Shown here: piece by piece, positions 29,146-42,927 of the stretch
Position numbering within the stretch: the stretch's first letter is position 1
Layout: each line of letters begins with the position of its first letter
NCBI GenBank assembly: GCA_016748015.1
Contig: JAAOMT010000129.1
Span: 62,001-126,000 of the forward strand
DNA length: 64,000 nt
From: Geosiphon pyriformis uo1
Lineage: Eukaryota > Fungi > Glomeromycota
Reading direction: 5' to 3'
Translations under genes and position numbers: made by a program
Notes under the pieces: model-generated
The model's input: the letters and a program-made list of their open reading frames with translations, nothing else
Databases searched by the model: none
Told to the model about the DNA's origin: nothing

Positions 29146-29814
29146 CTACTTCAACTGCCGCTCCTCATGAAAAGCCCACTCCATTTGCTGCTTCATTTTT
29201 TTGTGCCAATCGTTAATATGAGGTCTTTCATGACAGTTGGGATATTTTTGCTCTCTAACCACCTGTTGAAAAAGACCTTGAAATTTCCAAGCTCCATGAA
29301 GTTTGTCATGGAGGTCCTCAGAAAAGGTTCCCATTTTTGTCTTTCCTTCTCTGTTGTTCTGCGTATTGTTTGTCTCAATTTAGTCTGCATCTGCACGTAT
29401 TTGTCCACGATTTGCTCAATATCCAAGGCTTTATGCAAAGTCAGAGGCCTTGCGATTGGATAGAACCAATCGTGGGCTGTCACCGTCAATTAACTGTTCG
29501 TCAACTGGTTCCTCTAAATTACTAGCGTTAAATTTAACCTCGTTTTGAATAGAGATATAGCCATCAATTGTAGAAGCAGAGTGGGTTTGGGAATTGGCCA
29601 GGATAATATCAACAGGTTCTGCACCAAGAGAATCTTTCAAAGGACTTGAGGTTAAAGGTCGCCGTTTGTAAGTGTTGTGAAGAGTATTGTGACGGGTCAA
29701 GCTGTCAGCATGCTCATAGCATAGCCTCGGCCGTTTTTCTAGTGACCTCCGTTGAATAAACGGAAGCTCCTCATGAGCTTCCACAAATTGGAAAAAAGTT
29801 CGCTTTTCAAACAT
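29146..29814 (-). CDS. Hypothetical protein, exon structure unresolved
   Basis: CpG-retaining, gene-like composition with an ATG at 29814. The 29431-29814 and 29146-29334 ORFs share a frame and are separated by a stop-containing segment that may be an intron. No domain recognised. Confidence 0.45.
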
Positions 29815-30488
29815 TTACACTCGGCGGAAAAAAGTCATAGGACACTTTATTATTTCTTTAATAACTTTTTATTTTATTTAATACTTAATAACTAGTTGGT
29901 CCACCCTCCTTTCTAATACATTCTTCAATACGTCTAGATACACTAGTAACCAAATTTATATAGATATTTCGTGGAATTGCTTGCCATTCTTCTTGTAACG
30001 CGAGGAATAATTTGTGATTATTTTCGGGGCGCGGATTCCATTTTTTGAGTTGTTTTTTGTAAATAATCCCATAAATGCTCTATTGAGATGTTTTTGAGCC
30101 ATTCAAGTCTTAACATCTTTAGCTGTTTGAACTTTGGATTTTTGAATATTCATGTTTATCAAAAAAAAATCCCGAAAAATTTTATGTTGATAAAAAAAAC
30201 GCGAATTAAATATTGTTAATTATATCTTTGTTTTGATTAATAATTGTTATTTTAATACATTCCTTACTATTTATAGATAGCTAATATAGTTATAAATAAA
30301 AATGTAGGAAAACTGTTCTTTATAAATGACTCATAACTAATAAGGTTCAGAGCTTAAACTATAAAATTATTAAGGGCCAATTGTATATTTCTACGTTTTA
30401 TGATATAATTCGACTTGCAATGACAATGAATAAAAGACTTAAAATTTTCTAATGCATGTTATTTAAATTTAACCCAGAAACATCAAAT

Positions 30489-31856
30489 ATGAAGCTACGT
30501 CGACGGCACCAAGGCTTTACCTCCTCGTTTTATTATATTCCAAAATCCAGCAATTCTCGACATAGTCCGATATTTATTTTTTCATTTTTAGTGTTCTTAT
30601 TGGCGATTTTTGTTCAGGTGTCAAGTGTAGGAGGAGCGAGTGATTCATTACTTGACATTGAAGAAGGTGCGTGATTAATTAGAGGGTGAAGGTATTCTTC
30701 GTTTTTCTTGACTTATTATTGACCTTTGAAGTCGACCTGCTTAAATTTTGGTTTCTTGCTCTGGATCCAGAGTTTCTGGGTGTTACTTGTGGATCAGCAA
30801 TCAGATTGACACATGAAGTGTCAAAGTACAAGCTACATTCACATGTTGTGTCTTATGGTGAGTTTTCCTGAGTGGGTTGGGTTTTTTTCTTGAACTAATA
30901 TGGATTCGATTTATTCAACAATTCTATCAATAAAGGTAAGGCTAAATATGTGCTCGTTTTGTTTTCCTTTTTATTTAAGCAATTATATGTATAAAATCTT
31001 TCTCTTCTTTCTAGCTTATCATTCATTGGTTCCGTGTTTAATTATAATTCATTTATCACAATATTTTATGGAGGATTTATGCAGGAAATAGAAAGATTAA
31101 AACTTTTAAAACTCTTTTGAAGTCAAAAAAAAAGCTATGGATCAATATATATATATATATAGGCGTCAGTTTAATGCTATATGTTTCTTTGGGGCTTTAT
31201 TTGTATAAGGAACGGGCTCTGGTCAACAAAGTGTCACTGGCTTGGCAAACCCTGATGATCCTGACTCGTTCTGGCAAGTAAAAGCTGCACTTGGAGAACA
31301 ATGTTTGCGAGGGTATTCACCATTCCGTCTTCAATTTATTTGGCCTTATTCCGAAACTTTTCTCTAATCAAATGTTTATAAATTGGACATAACAGACAGC
31401 TTATCCCTTGTGGTTCAGCTATTCGATTGCTCCATAGTGGTACGGGAAAATTCTTACATAGTCATCATCACACGGCCCCGATCTCAGGACAGCAAGAGGT
31501 TAGCGCGTATGATGGTCAAGATAACGGTGAATAAAATTTCTTTAGAAGTTACCATATATCTGGCATAAGTTAGTCCTTGTGTAGTATTTTTATTCCCTTT
31601 CCATTTTTAACCCAATCCTCTAGGTGATAATTGGAAATTGATATGCGATAACAAATCAAGCAAATCTTGGGAAAGAGAAGAAAAAGTTCAGTTGGTTCAC
31701 GCCGAGACAGATACTTACCTTAGCGCTAATAAGGAACACATGTATAGTAATCCGATTCCGGGACAAATTGAAGTGGCAACGTCAAAGTCTGGGGGCAAGG
31801 GAACATATTGGTGTGCACAGGAAGGTATTTATTTTCCTATTAGAAATCTATCATAA
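30489..31856 (+). CDS. SDF2: SDF2/SDF2L1-like MIR-domain ER protein, 5 exons
   Basis: Hydrophobic signal segment, then VTCGSAIRLTH..KLHSH..SYG|TGSGQQSVTG, CGSAIRLLH..LHSHH..PISGQQEVSAY and PIPGQIEV..W.AQEGIYF. Exons at ~30489-30667, 30771-30858, 31210-31312, 31396-31526 and 31624-31856. Confidence 0.9.
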
Positions 31857-32346
31857 TTTATTCATCTTTATTTAGTAAATTTTCAAAGAATTAATTATGG
31901 AAGGATTTAAAGTTGTTATTATACCACGAATGCTTAAACGCCCAAATCAAATAAATCTTGATTTTTTGAGATCTGAATTCTTACATTTTAGTCCTAAATT
32001 TTGAATAATGCCACATGAAAATTCTCAAGCGATAAGCATATGAACTACATTAATCAAATTTTAGTTTTCGTCTTGTACAGGTACCTTTATTATATACGTT
32101 AGCTTTTAACATAAACTGAAAATAGTTTCAACATTTTCAAGTATAAGAATTATTAATTAGTGTTTAGATTTAAATGATACCTTAGTCATTTGAATATACA
32201 CTCACGTCACGATTGTAATTTAAGATGCACTAACTCTACAAAATGCGGCTATATTTAGCTGAATTACGCTCGCATTTAGAATATTAGCTTTTCTCATTCC
32301 CGTAAATAGTCTCATCATCACCGTTTTAGGCCGGAATGAGTTCAGA

Positions 32347-33627
32347 TTAACTTCTATTAGAATACTTGCGACTCTCATCGTTGTATCTGAAGGGGATTCT
32401 CGTGTAATGCAGAGTCTCATATCTCCTATGATAATCTCTGTAGCTTTGGGTATAATCTTCATTGACGCGTCTTTCAAATGGCTCGCACTGATATCTATCC
32501 CAATTCTTATGTTGATATTGACGGCCAGAATATCTACGCTCAGTGTGATATCTACGAACTGCAGGATTAGCCGAATGTTTATTTTGGCGGAATTCGATGG
32601 AATTTCTAGGTGATAAAACCCTAGCTGTTGCGGGATTGGAGCTTAAGTCGTGAGATTGCCTTTGAGATTCAGGAATTCTGCTTTCATTATGTAGTCGCCA
32701 GGATGCCAAATACTTCTTATAAGGATTTGATTTTATATATGAGCTAACATTACTTTCATATCGTAGGCGACCTAGATAAGGAAGAATGTCTTTCAATTCT
32801 CTATCGTGCCCCGATTCTTGAAGTATTTCTCCATATTCGGAAAGATGTATAGCATTATACGGCTGTAATTGTGCTTTAAGATCAGAATCATCGATGAGAA
32901 GAGTGTTAGTCTGATCCCAGCATCGTGGTCTTTTGTTTCTACCGTGTTCACTTTTATTCAAGCCTCCCCAGACCTTTCTCAAGTCTTTAAGGGTTAAAGA
33001 TTTCTGATTATATTCCTTCTCACTTAATCCAAAATCATCGCGCGTCCAAACGTCTATCAACTTCTTAATATATTGAGGAGAAAAAACATATTCGACCATA
33101 ATCCGGACATTTCGAGGTTGTGCTGAAGACCAGACCATTACTTCAAAATGCGCAAAGATGTAATCCAAGAATTCATGTAAGTGTGGTCTCGCGAATATTC
33201 GATTTGGATATTTTCGATAAAGCAATGTCCCATTAAGATCTAAGATAATCAATTTACGATCCGAGCTTTCCTTTTTTTCAGAAAGTTGGGAAGCGATAGC
33301 AAGATAAGATTGGGTTGGTGCCTCAGGAGGTTTTTCTGTATAGAGGGTTTTTATATCTGGTATAATTGAAGAATAAAGTTAGTTGTCAATTATCTGGGAT
33401 ACTGGATAACAAAAATGGTAGGAAAAATGAGCTAACCCTTAATCGGGTTAGTTGAGGTGCTTATCCCTCGTGAAAATTGAGGTATTGAAATATTTTCGCC
33501 TAAGAAAATATTATTTGTATTTTGAATACTCAAATGAGAATGATTGCATCGAGCCCCTACCTAATCTAGCTTGGTTGAAGAATTTTAATCCATCACGAGA
33601 TGGAGATATGTTGCGTGGTGTAGACAT
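32347..33627 (-). CDS. FCP1/NIF-homology (CTD small phosphatase-like) HAD-family protein
   Basis: Motifs LIILDLNGTL, RPHLHEFL, VMVWSSA, KDLRKVW and NTLLIDDS..KAQLQPYNAI. The main exon is 33356-32347. The 5' exon and start codon are uncertain. Confidence 0.85.
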
Positions 33628-34159
33628 CCTATCAATGAACCTTTGATCTGGCAATCCTGCGTTGATTTGTGGTGCTCCTCTCGTTTTTTCCAATATATTC
33701 GCATGTGTCACAACAGGGGCTAAGTGAGTAGAAAACCGATATTGACTATAACGCCTATCATGAGGTTCCAGCCGTTTTTGAACAGATCGAGAACGTTGCC
33801 AAGGGAAGCCTTTATATCAACACAGTCAAAATTAAGGGTTTTTGGTGAGAAAAAAACTGCTAGAATACTCGCTCTCTATTTTTCTACTTCCTGCAGATTG
33901 CAGCGCCATTAGTCGATCAAGAAACCTTCTTAAACTGTTAATTCTCGTGTTTCCCAGTTTTGATTTTAGTGCCCACTACTTGAAAGCGTTGATGGTGGTA
34001 CCAAATCAAACAATCATTAGGATTTAATAAGACTGCTAAAGTATTTTTGTTTATGAATTAGGTTTAAGTCAAAATTTCCAGATCGAAGATCAACCCAAAA
34101 AGGCAATTTAAGTGGGAGCTGATAATTTTTCCCAATGGAAATATAAAAATATGCAAATT

Positions 34160-37100
34160 TTATTCCTCTTTAGAAATATTTAGCGTAGATTTCCTTTTCC
34201 GACTTCCATCTATGGAAGCCATACTTTTTCGCCGTGTTGTTGTCTCGTAACCACCTCGGGAATTTTCACTACTTTTAAAGTCGAGAATCATTTTTTCAAC
34301 GTATTCTTTCATTTTGCCGGCCATTTTATGAACATCTGTTGACTCACGGTTATATACCAAGGCATTCATGAACATTAACATGATATCGCGTTGGAATTTA
34401 TCCGTATCATCAACTTTCTGGAAAGTGGGGATCATGAAATATAATTATTATTAATTATGCCGATTTAAAATTCTTTCCATTGGGCCAAATAGTCGACTTA
34501 CCCCTTCTCGGACATTTTTCTTGATCGTTTTCAAATCCATTGGATGCTTGACAATGTTATAATAGCCGGGAGCATCCACTTCCCGAATGGGTGTTTGAAA
34601 AAGTCCTGCAAATCGATGATTATTAAATTCCTGAAGAAGCATATTTACTAGCCGTTGCCACGTCTTGTGTCGTTTGTCTACGTAAGACGCATTTTCTTTT
34701 GAATGCGGAGATATTGTTATTTTTAATTTACGGTTGCGAAGATATTAAATAACAATATTCTGTTAAAATTTTCAAATACCAGATGCTTCTGCACTTGGAG
34801 TTTGTGCTACTTCACTGAACGAATGTGGGGAAATTGTAACTGTTTCAAAATAAATTTCAATTAACTTCAGAAAGAAAAACAAAAGATATCCATATAATTT
34901 TCCATACCATCTGCTGAGGGAGTTGAAGCAATCGCACTGACACCAGCCGGAGTTATAGGTTCTTTAAATGATGAAACAGGGCTCGACGGTTCTTTGGATT
35001 CCACGGGGCTGATTATCCCTTTGGATTCGCAGGGACTAGTTCCTGGATCTTTTAGTTCAATGGGAGTAGTGGGTTCTTTGGATTCAAAGTGATTAAATTG
35101 TTCAGTAGATTCCGAAGAAAGAATTTTTTTCTTAAACTCCATAGGATTGGCAGAATCATTTTTGATCATTAACGAGTCCTTGCGTTCGTATGGACTTTCA
35201 ATGACTATAGGTTCATCCAGTATTACTTGTTCTGTAGATACCATAGATCTTGATTCAATCCTTTCAAGTGCGAGTTCATTTGATTCAAAAGAGGGACTTT
35301 TTCTAGATTCTAAAGGAGCTATATTTAATGTATTGAGCTGAAAGGGAGTCTTAAATTCCTTAATCTCATAGGAAAGTTCAGGTCCTTGACCTGAAACAGA
35401 GTTTTCTGGAATAGTTATCAACAGCCTATCATTTTCAATGGTTTGTGAATCTAATCCTTGCTGCTGTTTTGAGGTATCGTCTACATCAACCATATTCACA
35501 TCATTGTCAGAGAATTCCTCTTTAACTAAAAGTTCTTGTTGGGATTTCTCATTAGCTAATTGAGTTACAATGGGAGGTGAGGTAGCATTGATATTTTTAT
35601 GCAACTTAAGATAAGATTTATCTTCAGCTGTTTGAAAACTTTCCTTTGGATAAATGGGTTTTTCAGTATTAGAAAAATTATTATATGTGATTGGTGAGAT
35701 TTCGCTTTCGCCAATATCCGTTCCATTTTCTTTTTTTACCATCTGTTGATCTTTCCCAACCTTCGCTGGATCTTTTTGGAAGCTCTCATTAAAAGGTGTC
35801 TGTTGTGGTTTTTCTTGGACTTCACGGATTATTAGTTCAACCTCATTCACGGTTTGGTCAATTTGCATTACATCATCTTCGCCCTCACCAGCTTCGCCTC
35901 CAATGGTCTGTGGTGTATCAAGGTCAGAGATTGTGATTGGACTGAGTAATCTTTTGACGAATTCATGTTTCAGTGGTTCCCTTTCTATAGATATTTCGTT
36001 CTGGATAGTCTGATTGTTAGAGTTTTGGGAATCTTTTATTTCCTCGCAAGTTTTAACATTATCATCGGCTTTATTCAACTCGTTGATTTGAGATACTGTA
36101 TGTGGGATAGCTTTTAACCTTTCATTTGGCCATTTCATTTTAAGGTCTGGTATTTCATCCCTTGCTCGTATTGCTGATGTGATTGATTCATTACCAATTC
36201 CTTTTAAACTGAGAGGCTCTTCTTGAAAATATTGTTTCAGAGATTCTAAAGTAAGTTTTGGCATATTTGAGGCCTGCAAGAATAGATTCTTCTCCAGCGA
36301 GAATAGATTCTCCTCCAGCGACATGTGATCTTTTTGATTCGATTCTTTGGAAATTTCAGGCTTATCCATTGGGTCAATTACAATGGTTACCACTGGCTGA
36401 ATTTTCTCTCTGTTATCCACAATAGGTTGATGCTCTGTTGGGTAGGAAGGGATTGGTGATGTGATTTCAGAATCTGTTGTTGCAGTGACTATTGATTCAG
36501 CATTTTTGTCTTTTTCAACTTCCTCTATCAATACTTCTTTGATTTTTTCAACAATATCTCGGTCTATTTCGGAAATATCAGTTGTTGGTAACACAGCCGC
36601 AGACCTTTTAACGAAATCATCAGTCTGAGATAATGCATGGGCTAAAGAAGCATCAGCTTCGGAAGCCTCTTCAATAGTTGTACAATTTTCATTAGGAGAT
36701 GTCAAGGTTACATTAATCAACGGAGTAGTAGCAAACGTGAGTTCTATGGCGTTTTGCGACGAACTGATTCCATTATTTGAGCTGGTAACTTCAATATTTG
36801 ATGTGCCAACGTCTTCTTCCTCGTCTGATGTATAAGGAACCAAAGGATAAACAGGAAGAAGTCTAGCGGAGCGATTATCAACTACTTTTGTAGGGGTAAG
36901 CATAGTTATTTCCTCTGAAATCTGAGTTTCATCATAGAGACTCTCGGAATCGTCTTTGGGTTCATTTTTAACCTTGAAAGTTTCCACATCAAGATTTCTA
37001 GATTCAGCATTTTTAGAAACTGGAAGAATATCTCGAATATTGTTGGTAAAGGTATCATCTGCAGCAATAGAAATAGATCCATCATCTAAAGTCTCTGATC

Positions 37101-38593
37101 CAGAAATTGGCATAACATTATCTGGTTCATTCTTAATGTGATCGACCACATGATCGGGAACGATGATTTCCGAGAATACTTCGATACTTGGGAATTTTGT
37201 GGACGAAGATTCTAATCCCTTTTTTTCCTCTTGATTATTGGTCAAAGGTTCAACATTCATAATAGTGTCTTTGGGCTCTGCTGAAAGTATAGGAGATAAA
37301 GATCCGGACACTTGAGATCCTTCCTCGTTGTCGATTGTCGATGTCGAAGCTTTGAGCTGAATAGTTGAATCAAAGACCGAGAATTGGGCCTCAATCCTAT
37401 TTTTATTTTCTTCGGATAACTTTTCATCCTTAAAGGGTACAGTTTTCAATGTTCCTTCCTCTTGTTCTTTAATCATTGGTAAAATGCCTACACCATTCGA
37501 AGTTCCACCTTTTTGTGATTCTTCCTCTTTCAATTGCTGATTTTCTTTTAAAATTTCCTTCAACTTATCGTCAAGTTTCCCGGATCGAATCTCGTCGATC
37601 TCAGTAACAACTACTCTAATCACAATAATAATTAATTTGATGTAAGATCAAAATCAGGAATAATCAATCTTAAAGTTTTCCATTAGACATCCTGAGAACA
37701 GAAATTACCGGAAATTTTGCTCCTCAACTTTGATCAAAGCTTTTAGCTCTTGTATCCGCTCTTGATAAAGTTGTCGTGCCAATTTAGCGGCAACAGGCAT
37801 ACGAGGAGTGTCTTTGCGAGAAAAAAAAATCATGTAATATATTGTCAATAGATGTATGAATATGGGATGAGTGATGATTAAAGATTGCGATAAGAAGGGT
37901 CGAAAGACAAATAAAACGAATGTCCCAACCGTTCAGATCTCTGTCACTGCAAATGCCGTATTTCAATAAAGAATGATTAAAATAAAGGAAATCTGGCTTT
38001 GCATTTTGCACTCTAAATATTGAATCAATATCACATCCTTGCTTGTGGCTAGTATATAGGTATCAATAAGAACCATCATCTTAGAGATTAATGGGGTTAT
38101 TGCGCTCACGGCCTCTTACCCGTACACGAAAATGTCAATTTCTCATTCTTTCCTGTTATCCACCAAACAAGAAAATTCCTTGTTTTCTATACTAGCACAA
38201 GACAAGGACGAGATAGTGAAACCCAATTGTCAAAGGTGAAGGTGACATACTTTTCCGCTTCAGCCTCAAGTTCCAGTGGTTCAATCAAGAGTCTGTACTT
38301 ATTGGAACAAGTCTGTGAGATCAATAATGATTTTTGATGAGTTTTCATCATTGAATGTGGCTTTCAGACTAAAAGACTTTTGGGTAGTGAAGGGAACTAA
38401 ATAAACTTGAAGTGGTTTGTATTCAGACCTTTTGGGAAAAGAAATCAGAAGGCCGTTCAATCATTGGGTGCTGCTTCATGGTGCGAGAAACTGCAAGCCA
38501 ATTGTCGTCCCCGAACTTGTACACAGCTTGGGCTAATAATAACTTTTCGAAAGCTGTCCAGGTTTCGCTATCGACTATTGTAGATTGTACCAT
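34160..38593 (-). CDS. BRD8: BRD8-like bromodomain protein (N-terminal SANT-like region, long acidic linker, C-terminal bromodomain)
   Basis: WTAFEKLLLAQAVYKFGDDNWLAVSR and LARQLYQERIQELK at the N-terminus. Bromodomain HRFAGLFQTPI..APGYYNIVKHPMDLKTIK...FQRDIMLMFMNALVYN. Multi-exon, including the 37615-34907 exon and a 17-nt microexon. Confidence 0.85.
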
Positions 38594-41500
38594 CTTGAAC
38601 TTGTTCAAATCTTGGGGTGTAAAGTTAAATAAAATCGGCAAATAATTGAACCTGAAAGATAATAAGCTGAAAATACCCTATTTATTTTTTACCTAATTAA
38701 TTCGATTATTTATTTTTGTCAGTAAATAAATATATATTTAAATTTTACTTTAAATTTAGTTAATTTCAAAAATTGCAATCAAAATATTAAATCAGTATTT
38801 TTTTTACAAAATAATATTTTATTGGATTTGTTTTATAACCAATAAATAAATCCAAAAAACAAGAAAAACATAAATTTATAAGTGTAATCCAACCACCCAC
38901 TATTTTTGTACAATACAGTTATTATACATTAAACATAAATCGTGTTACAAATAATATATAATTAATTAGCAAATTAATTTCTTTTATTTTAAAATATTGA
39001 ATTCAAATTAAGTATTATTGTAATTGTTTAAAAAAAATTTTTTTAAGAATTTTAAAATCTGAACATTTTATTGTTAGGTTTTATGTTTTAAAAAAAAGCT
39101 TTAAGAATTAACAGTTAAATTAAAAAACTTAAATTTAAAATTTAGATTATTATATTTGAAAATCTTTTACAGCTAAAATCAAATAGCAATTATTTAAAAT
39201 ATTTAGATTTAAATATAAATTTATAATGTTTTTTAAAAACACTAAAAATAGTATTGCAATAATAAAATTAGATCAAAAATTTATTAATAATATAGATGTA
39301 TTAAATTTAAATAAAATAAATATTATTAAAAAAAACAAAAATTTTTAATATTGTTATTTTTTGGTATTTTTTTATTATTTTTCAATAAAATGTAAACTAA
39401 TTATTATTTAACATATTATAATAATAGATGTTTTAAATTAGACATATATTATATATTTTTTACATGTAATTAACTATTTAAATTAATTAAAATCAAATTA
39501 TATTAAATTTAGAAAAGTAAATTTAACTAAATAATTATTTTTTATATAATTATAATTAAATTATTGCTATTATAAATTAAACCAGCTAACTATAAAACAG
39601 TTTTATTTATATTATATTTAATATTAATAATTTGAAATTATGAAAAAATTATTATTTTTATTAATAAAAAAATCTGAATTATTATTAAAAATATTATTAT
39701 TAAATAAATTAAATAAATTAAATAAATTATATTTTACTTTAAAATAAATTACTTTTCTGTTTAAATTATTAAAAATTTTTCCAAAATATCAATATTTTTT
39801 TTAATTATAAAACTTTTTTTATTTTAATATTTAAAAAAAATTATTATTAATTTTATAACTAAATTAATAAGTTTAATAATATAAAAAAAACTTTTTGTTT
39901 TCTTAATTTTATGATCACAATCAGAGCAAAGAATAAAAAAATTGCACTTAATATTTTTTCTAAGATATTTAATAAGATTTCAACCAGAGGAGTTTTTTCT
40001 GTTATTTTTTTTTTTATTTTGGTTTAATGAATGTAACCTAATTGCTATCTAGAAAACATGTGATATATATACATTACAAAGCTAAATGCAATTCATGCAT
40101 TTATGACATGTAACCAGCAACTCGGGCCAGTCCAGGCTACACTACAAATTAGCTACCACTGATATCATACCTCCCATATCCAAAAAAATCTGGCAACTAG
40201 TATGCAAACCAGAATATACTCCTCTGGTCTCATCTACACTAAGCAATCTAACAACTCCAACACTTAATTTATCTCTAACAATATCCACTAAATGTGACAT
40301 ACTGCCATCAGTGACTATTTTTTCTGCCTTTTTCATGAACAATTGGTGGTTAGATCTTTTGTATCATATCACAGATCTGTACGATAAAGCCAGATTCCTG
40401 ATAAAATCAATCACTATTGCACCAGCCACAACAAAGCAACCAAGAGCATCCAAAGCTTTACAGTACTAACCACTTAACACAAAGTTTTTAGCCAACATGG
40501 AATAAAATCTAGCATCACCTGCACCAAAAGATAGGTCCTGTACTATCATAGAAAAAGAGACAATAACATTAGACAGTAACAACCACCTTACACAAAACCC
40601 AGACAAGATTTCATTACAAGTCAATGTATCAGAGAAGCACATAAAAGAATGTTCAGATGTGTCAACCTTATCACAAAACAGATACCTGACATTAAGATAA
40701 GAAATGCAGTACACACGCTTATTGGCTGCTACAAGCAAACAGTCATGCAAAGATTTCATAAAATATAACCTCAAAGCTGCTAACTGATGACTTGTGTAAC
40801 CAGAAGTCATGTGACCATCAGGATGTCAGACTGTGAAAGTTCTCTTCTAATCTACTGAATTGACATTACAAGTATTGCTGATTTTGGAACCAAACTCATT
40901 TTCCCAATTTGTTCAATATAATGTTCGAAAGAAGTCCTTAATATAGTGTCAAATATTGCAAGATAGCACCAGATCACCCAATTTTAAAAAAAACTCATCA
41001 ACATATGTAGAAAATGAGACATCATACCAGCAGGCATCTGAGGTAATCTCATTAGCACACTTGTTTCCCAAGATACCAGAATGGCCTTTGACTTTGAGCC
41101 ATGCTACAGCAAGTGACTTCCTTCTAATAAAGTTAACTATCTGCCTATGCTCCATCCATAGATTCTTTCTGAAATCAGGATAAGCCAAAAGCAATTCATC
41201 CATATAAGTAGAAAGAACAGCCTGGCTATCAGAATGGATAAAAACACTGCTATCCAAAGGAACACAGGCAAGTACAAGAGCAATGGCTTTAAGTTCTACT
41301 AAAATAGATGACATGACCCCCAGAACTTTCATACCAACACCAAGGCCAAACTTTGGAAAGAATGCAGCAGCCCTGACTACAATAGAACAAGAGCCAAAAT
41401 GTTTTAGAGAATCATCTGTAAACACATCAAATAAGACCAGACCAGAATCTAAAAAAATAGTTTGAGCTTCACTAATTGCACTGGTAACAACCGGATTCAC

Positions 41501-42927
41501 TAAACAGTTAATAAACATATATGGCCTGACATTAACAGCTAGCAAACAAGTACCCAAAAAGCGAATGGCTGAGTTAAACCAAACCGGAACAGGGCCATGC
41601 AGATTCAATCACTTTCAATGCTTAAAGCACTTCCAGTCGAGGCACTCACTCTTTTTGTTTAACAGTTAATCTATGAAAGCAATTTTATAATGCATTAGCA
41701 AATGGGCCACTCTGAAGAATACACTATTACCGAGAACTTCAGAGATTGGCATTCCAACAGAGTGATGAAAAGCTGTTAACAGAGTAGAAAAGAACAGTCC
41801 ACAGAATGAAAAAATTTTTACCATCCTGGCTAAAAAATTATTCTTAGAATTGATCTGCAACCTGATAAGATGGCACAATAGATAAACAGGTGACCAGCTG
41901 GCTACTTGTAAATCCAAACTCTAATGAATAAAAAGTTGTCCCAAAATACCCGGAGCATTTACAAAATTAATGACAGATGACAATTTATCCTCAGACTGCA
42001 TCTGGGCAAATGTTTTTATGCCATAAAATGAAGAATGTGACAATGCAGTCATAGAAAAATCATAAGGGAGATGCATCTTAAATTTTAAGTCCTTCCTAAT
42101 AATAGCATCTCATCTAGAGCAAATGGCATTAGGAATAAAACTAAACTGGATCCTGTAGCTAATAATAAGTTGCAGGATAGACGACACCAGATAGCAGAAT
42201 TGTTTATCAGATATAGCTTTGTGCAAAACCACATTTGAGAAGAATTGCATATCTGAATACACTTTTAGCAAACTCAGCTTTGAAAGCTTTTCCATTGATA
42301 AAAATGGCAACAGTTTTTTCTATATTGATAGAAATATCATTGAGAGCAAAAAACTTGCTTGCAATGTCCAAAATACATTGGGTGGCAGCTTGACTACTGT
42401 CCACCCAAATTGTATCATTCATAAAAGCCCCAGCAGCAAAAAAAGATGTCATCTCTGCTTGCAATTCTACTTTGTCTGACTTAGCAACAAATCTCAAGTC
42501 AATCCTGTATCCACACAAGTGTTTCTGACTTTTGATTTTGCACAAGAAAGGATCATAAAAGATTCTCCAAAAAAGTGGAAAAAACACTTTACCTTGGTCA
42601 AGCCCATCCAACACCTTATAACTATTAGAGAAGCCAAAATCTGTTATAACCCTGTTGGTTCTGTTCAAATGGATATTTTCAAAAAATTTAATAAATCTAC
42701 TGCACATTTTAATGTATTTCAAACTAGATTTCAGATGAAACTATTCCACAGAGTTATAAGTCTTTTGCATGTCTTGCAATACCATCCAAAGTTCCCTACC
42801 CTTTTCCAAGATGTTCTCTATAATTGATCCAATAACAAATACAGATGACTGAGTTGAAGTACCTTTCAAGACTGAAAAATTGTCACCTCTGAGAACATCA
42901 AATGTATTGCAAGCCAAAGATATACAG

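Noticed and set aside
34867-37623. Stand-alone 918-aa protein
   Set aside because: It is an internal exon of the BRD8-like gene, with splice sites at 37615 and 34907.
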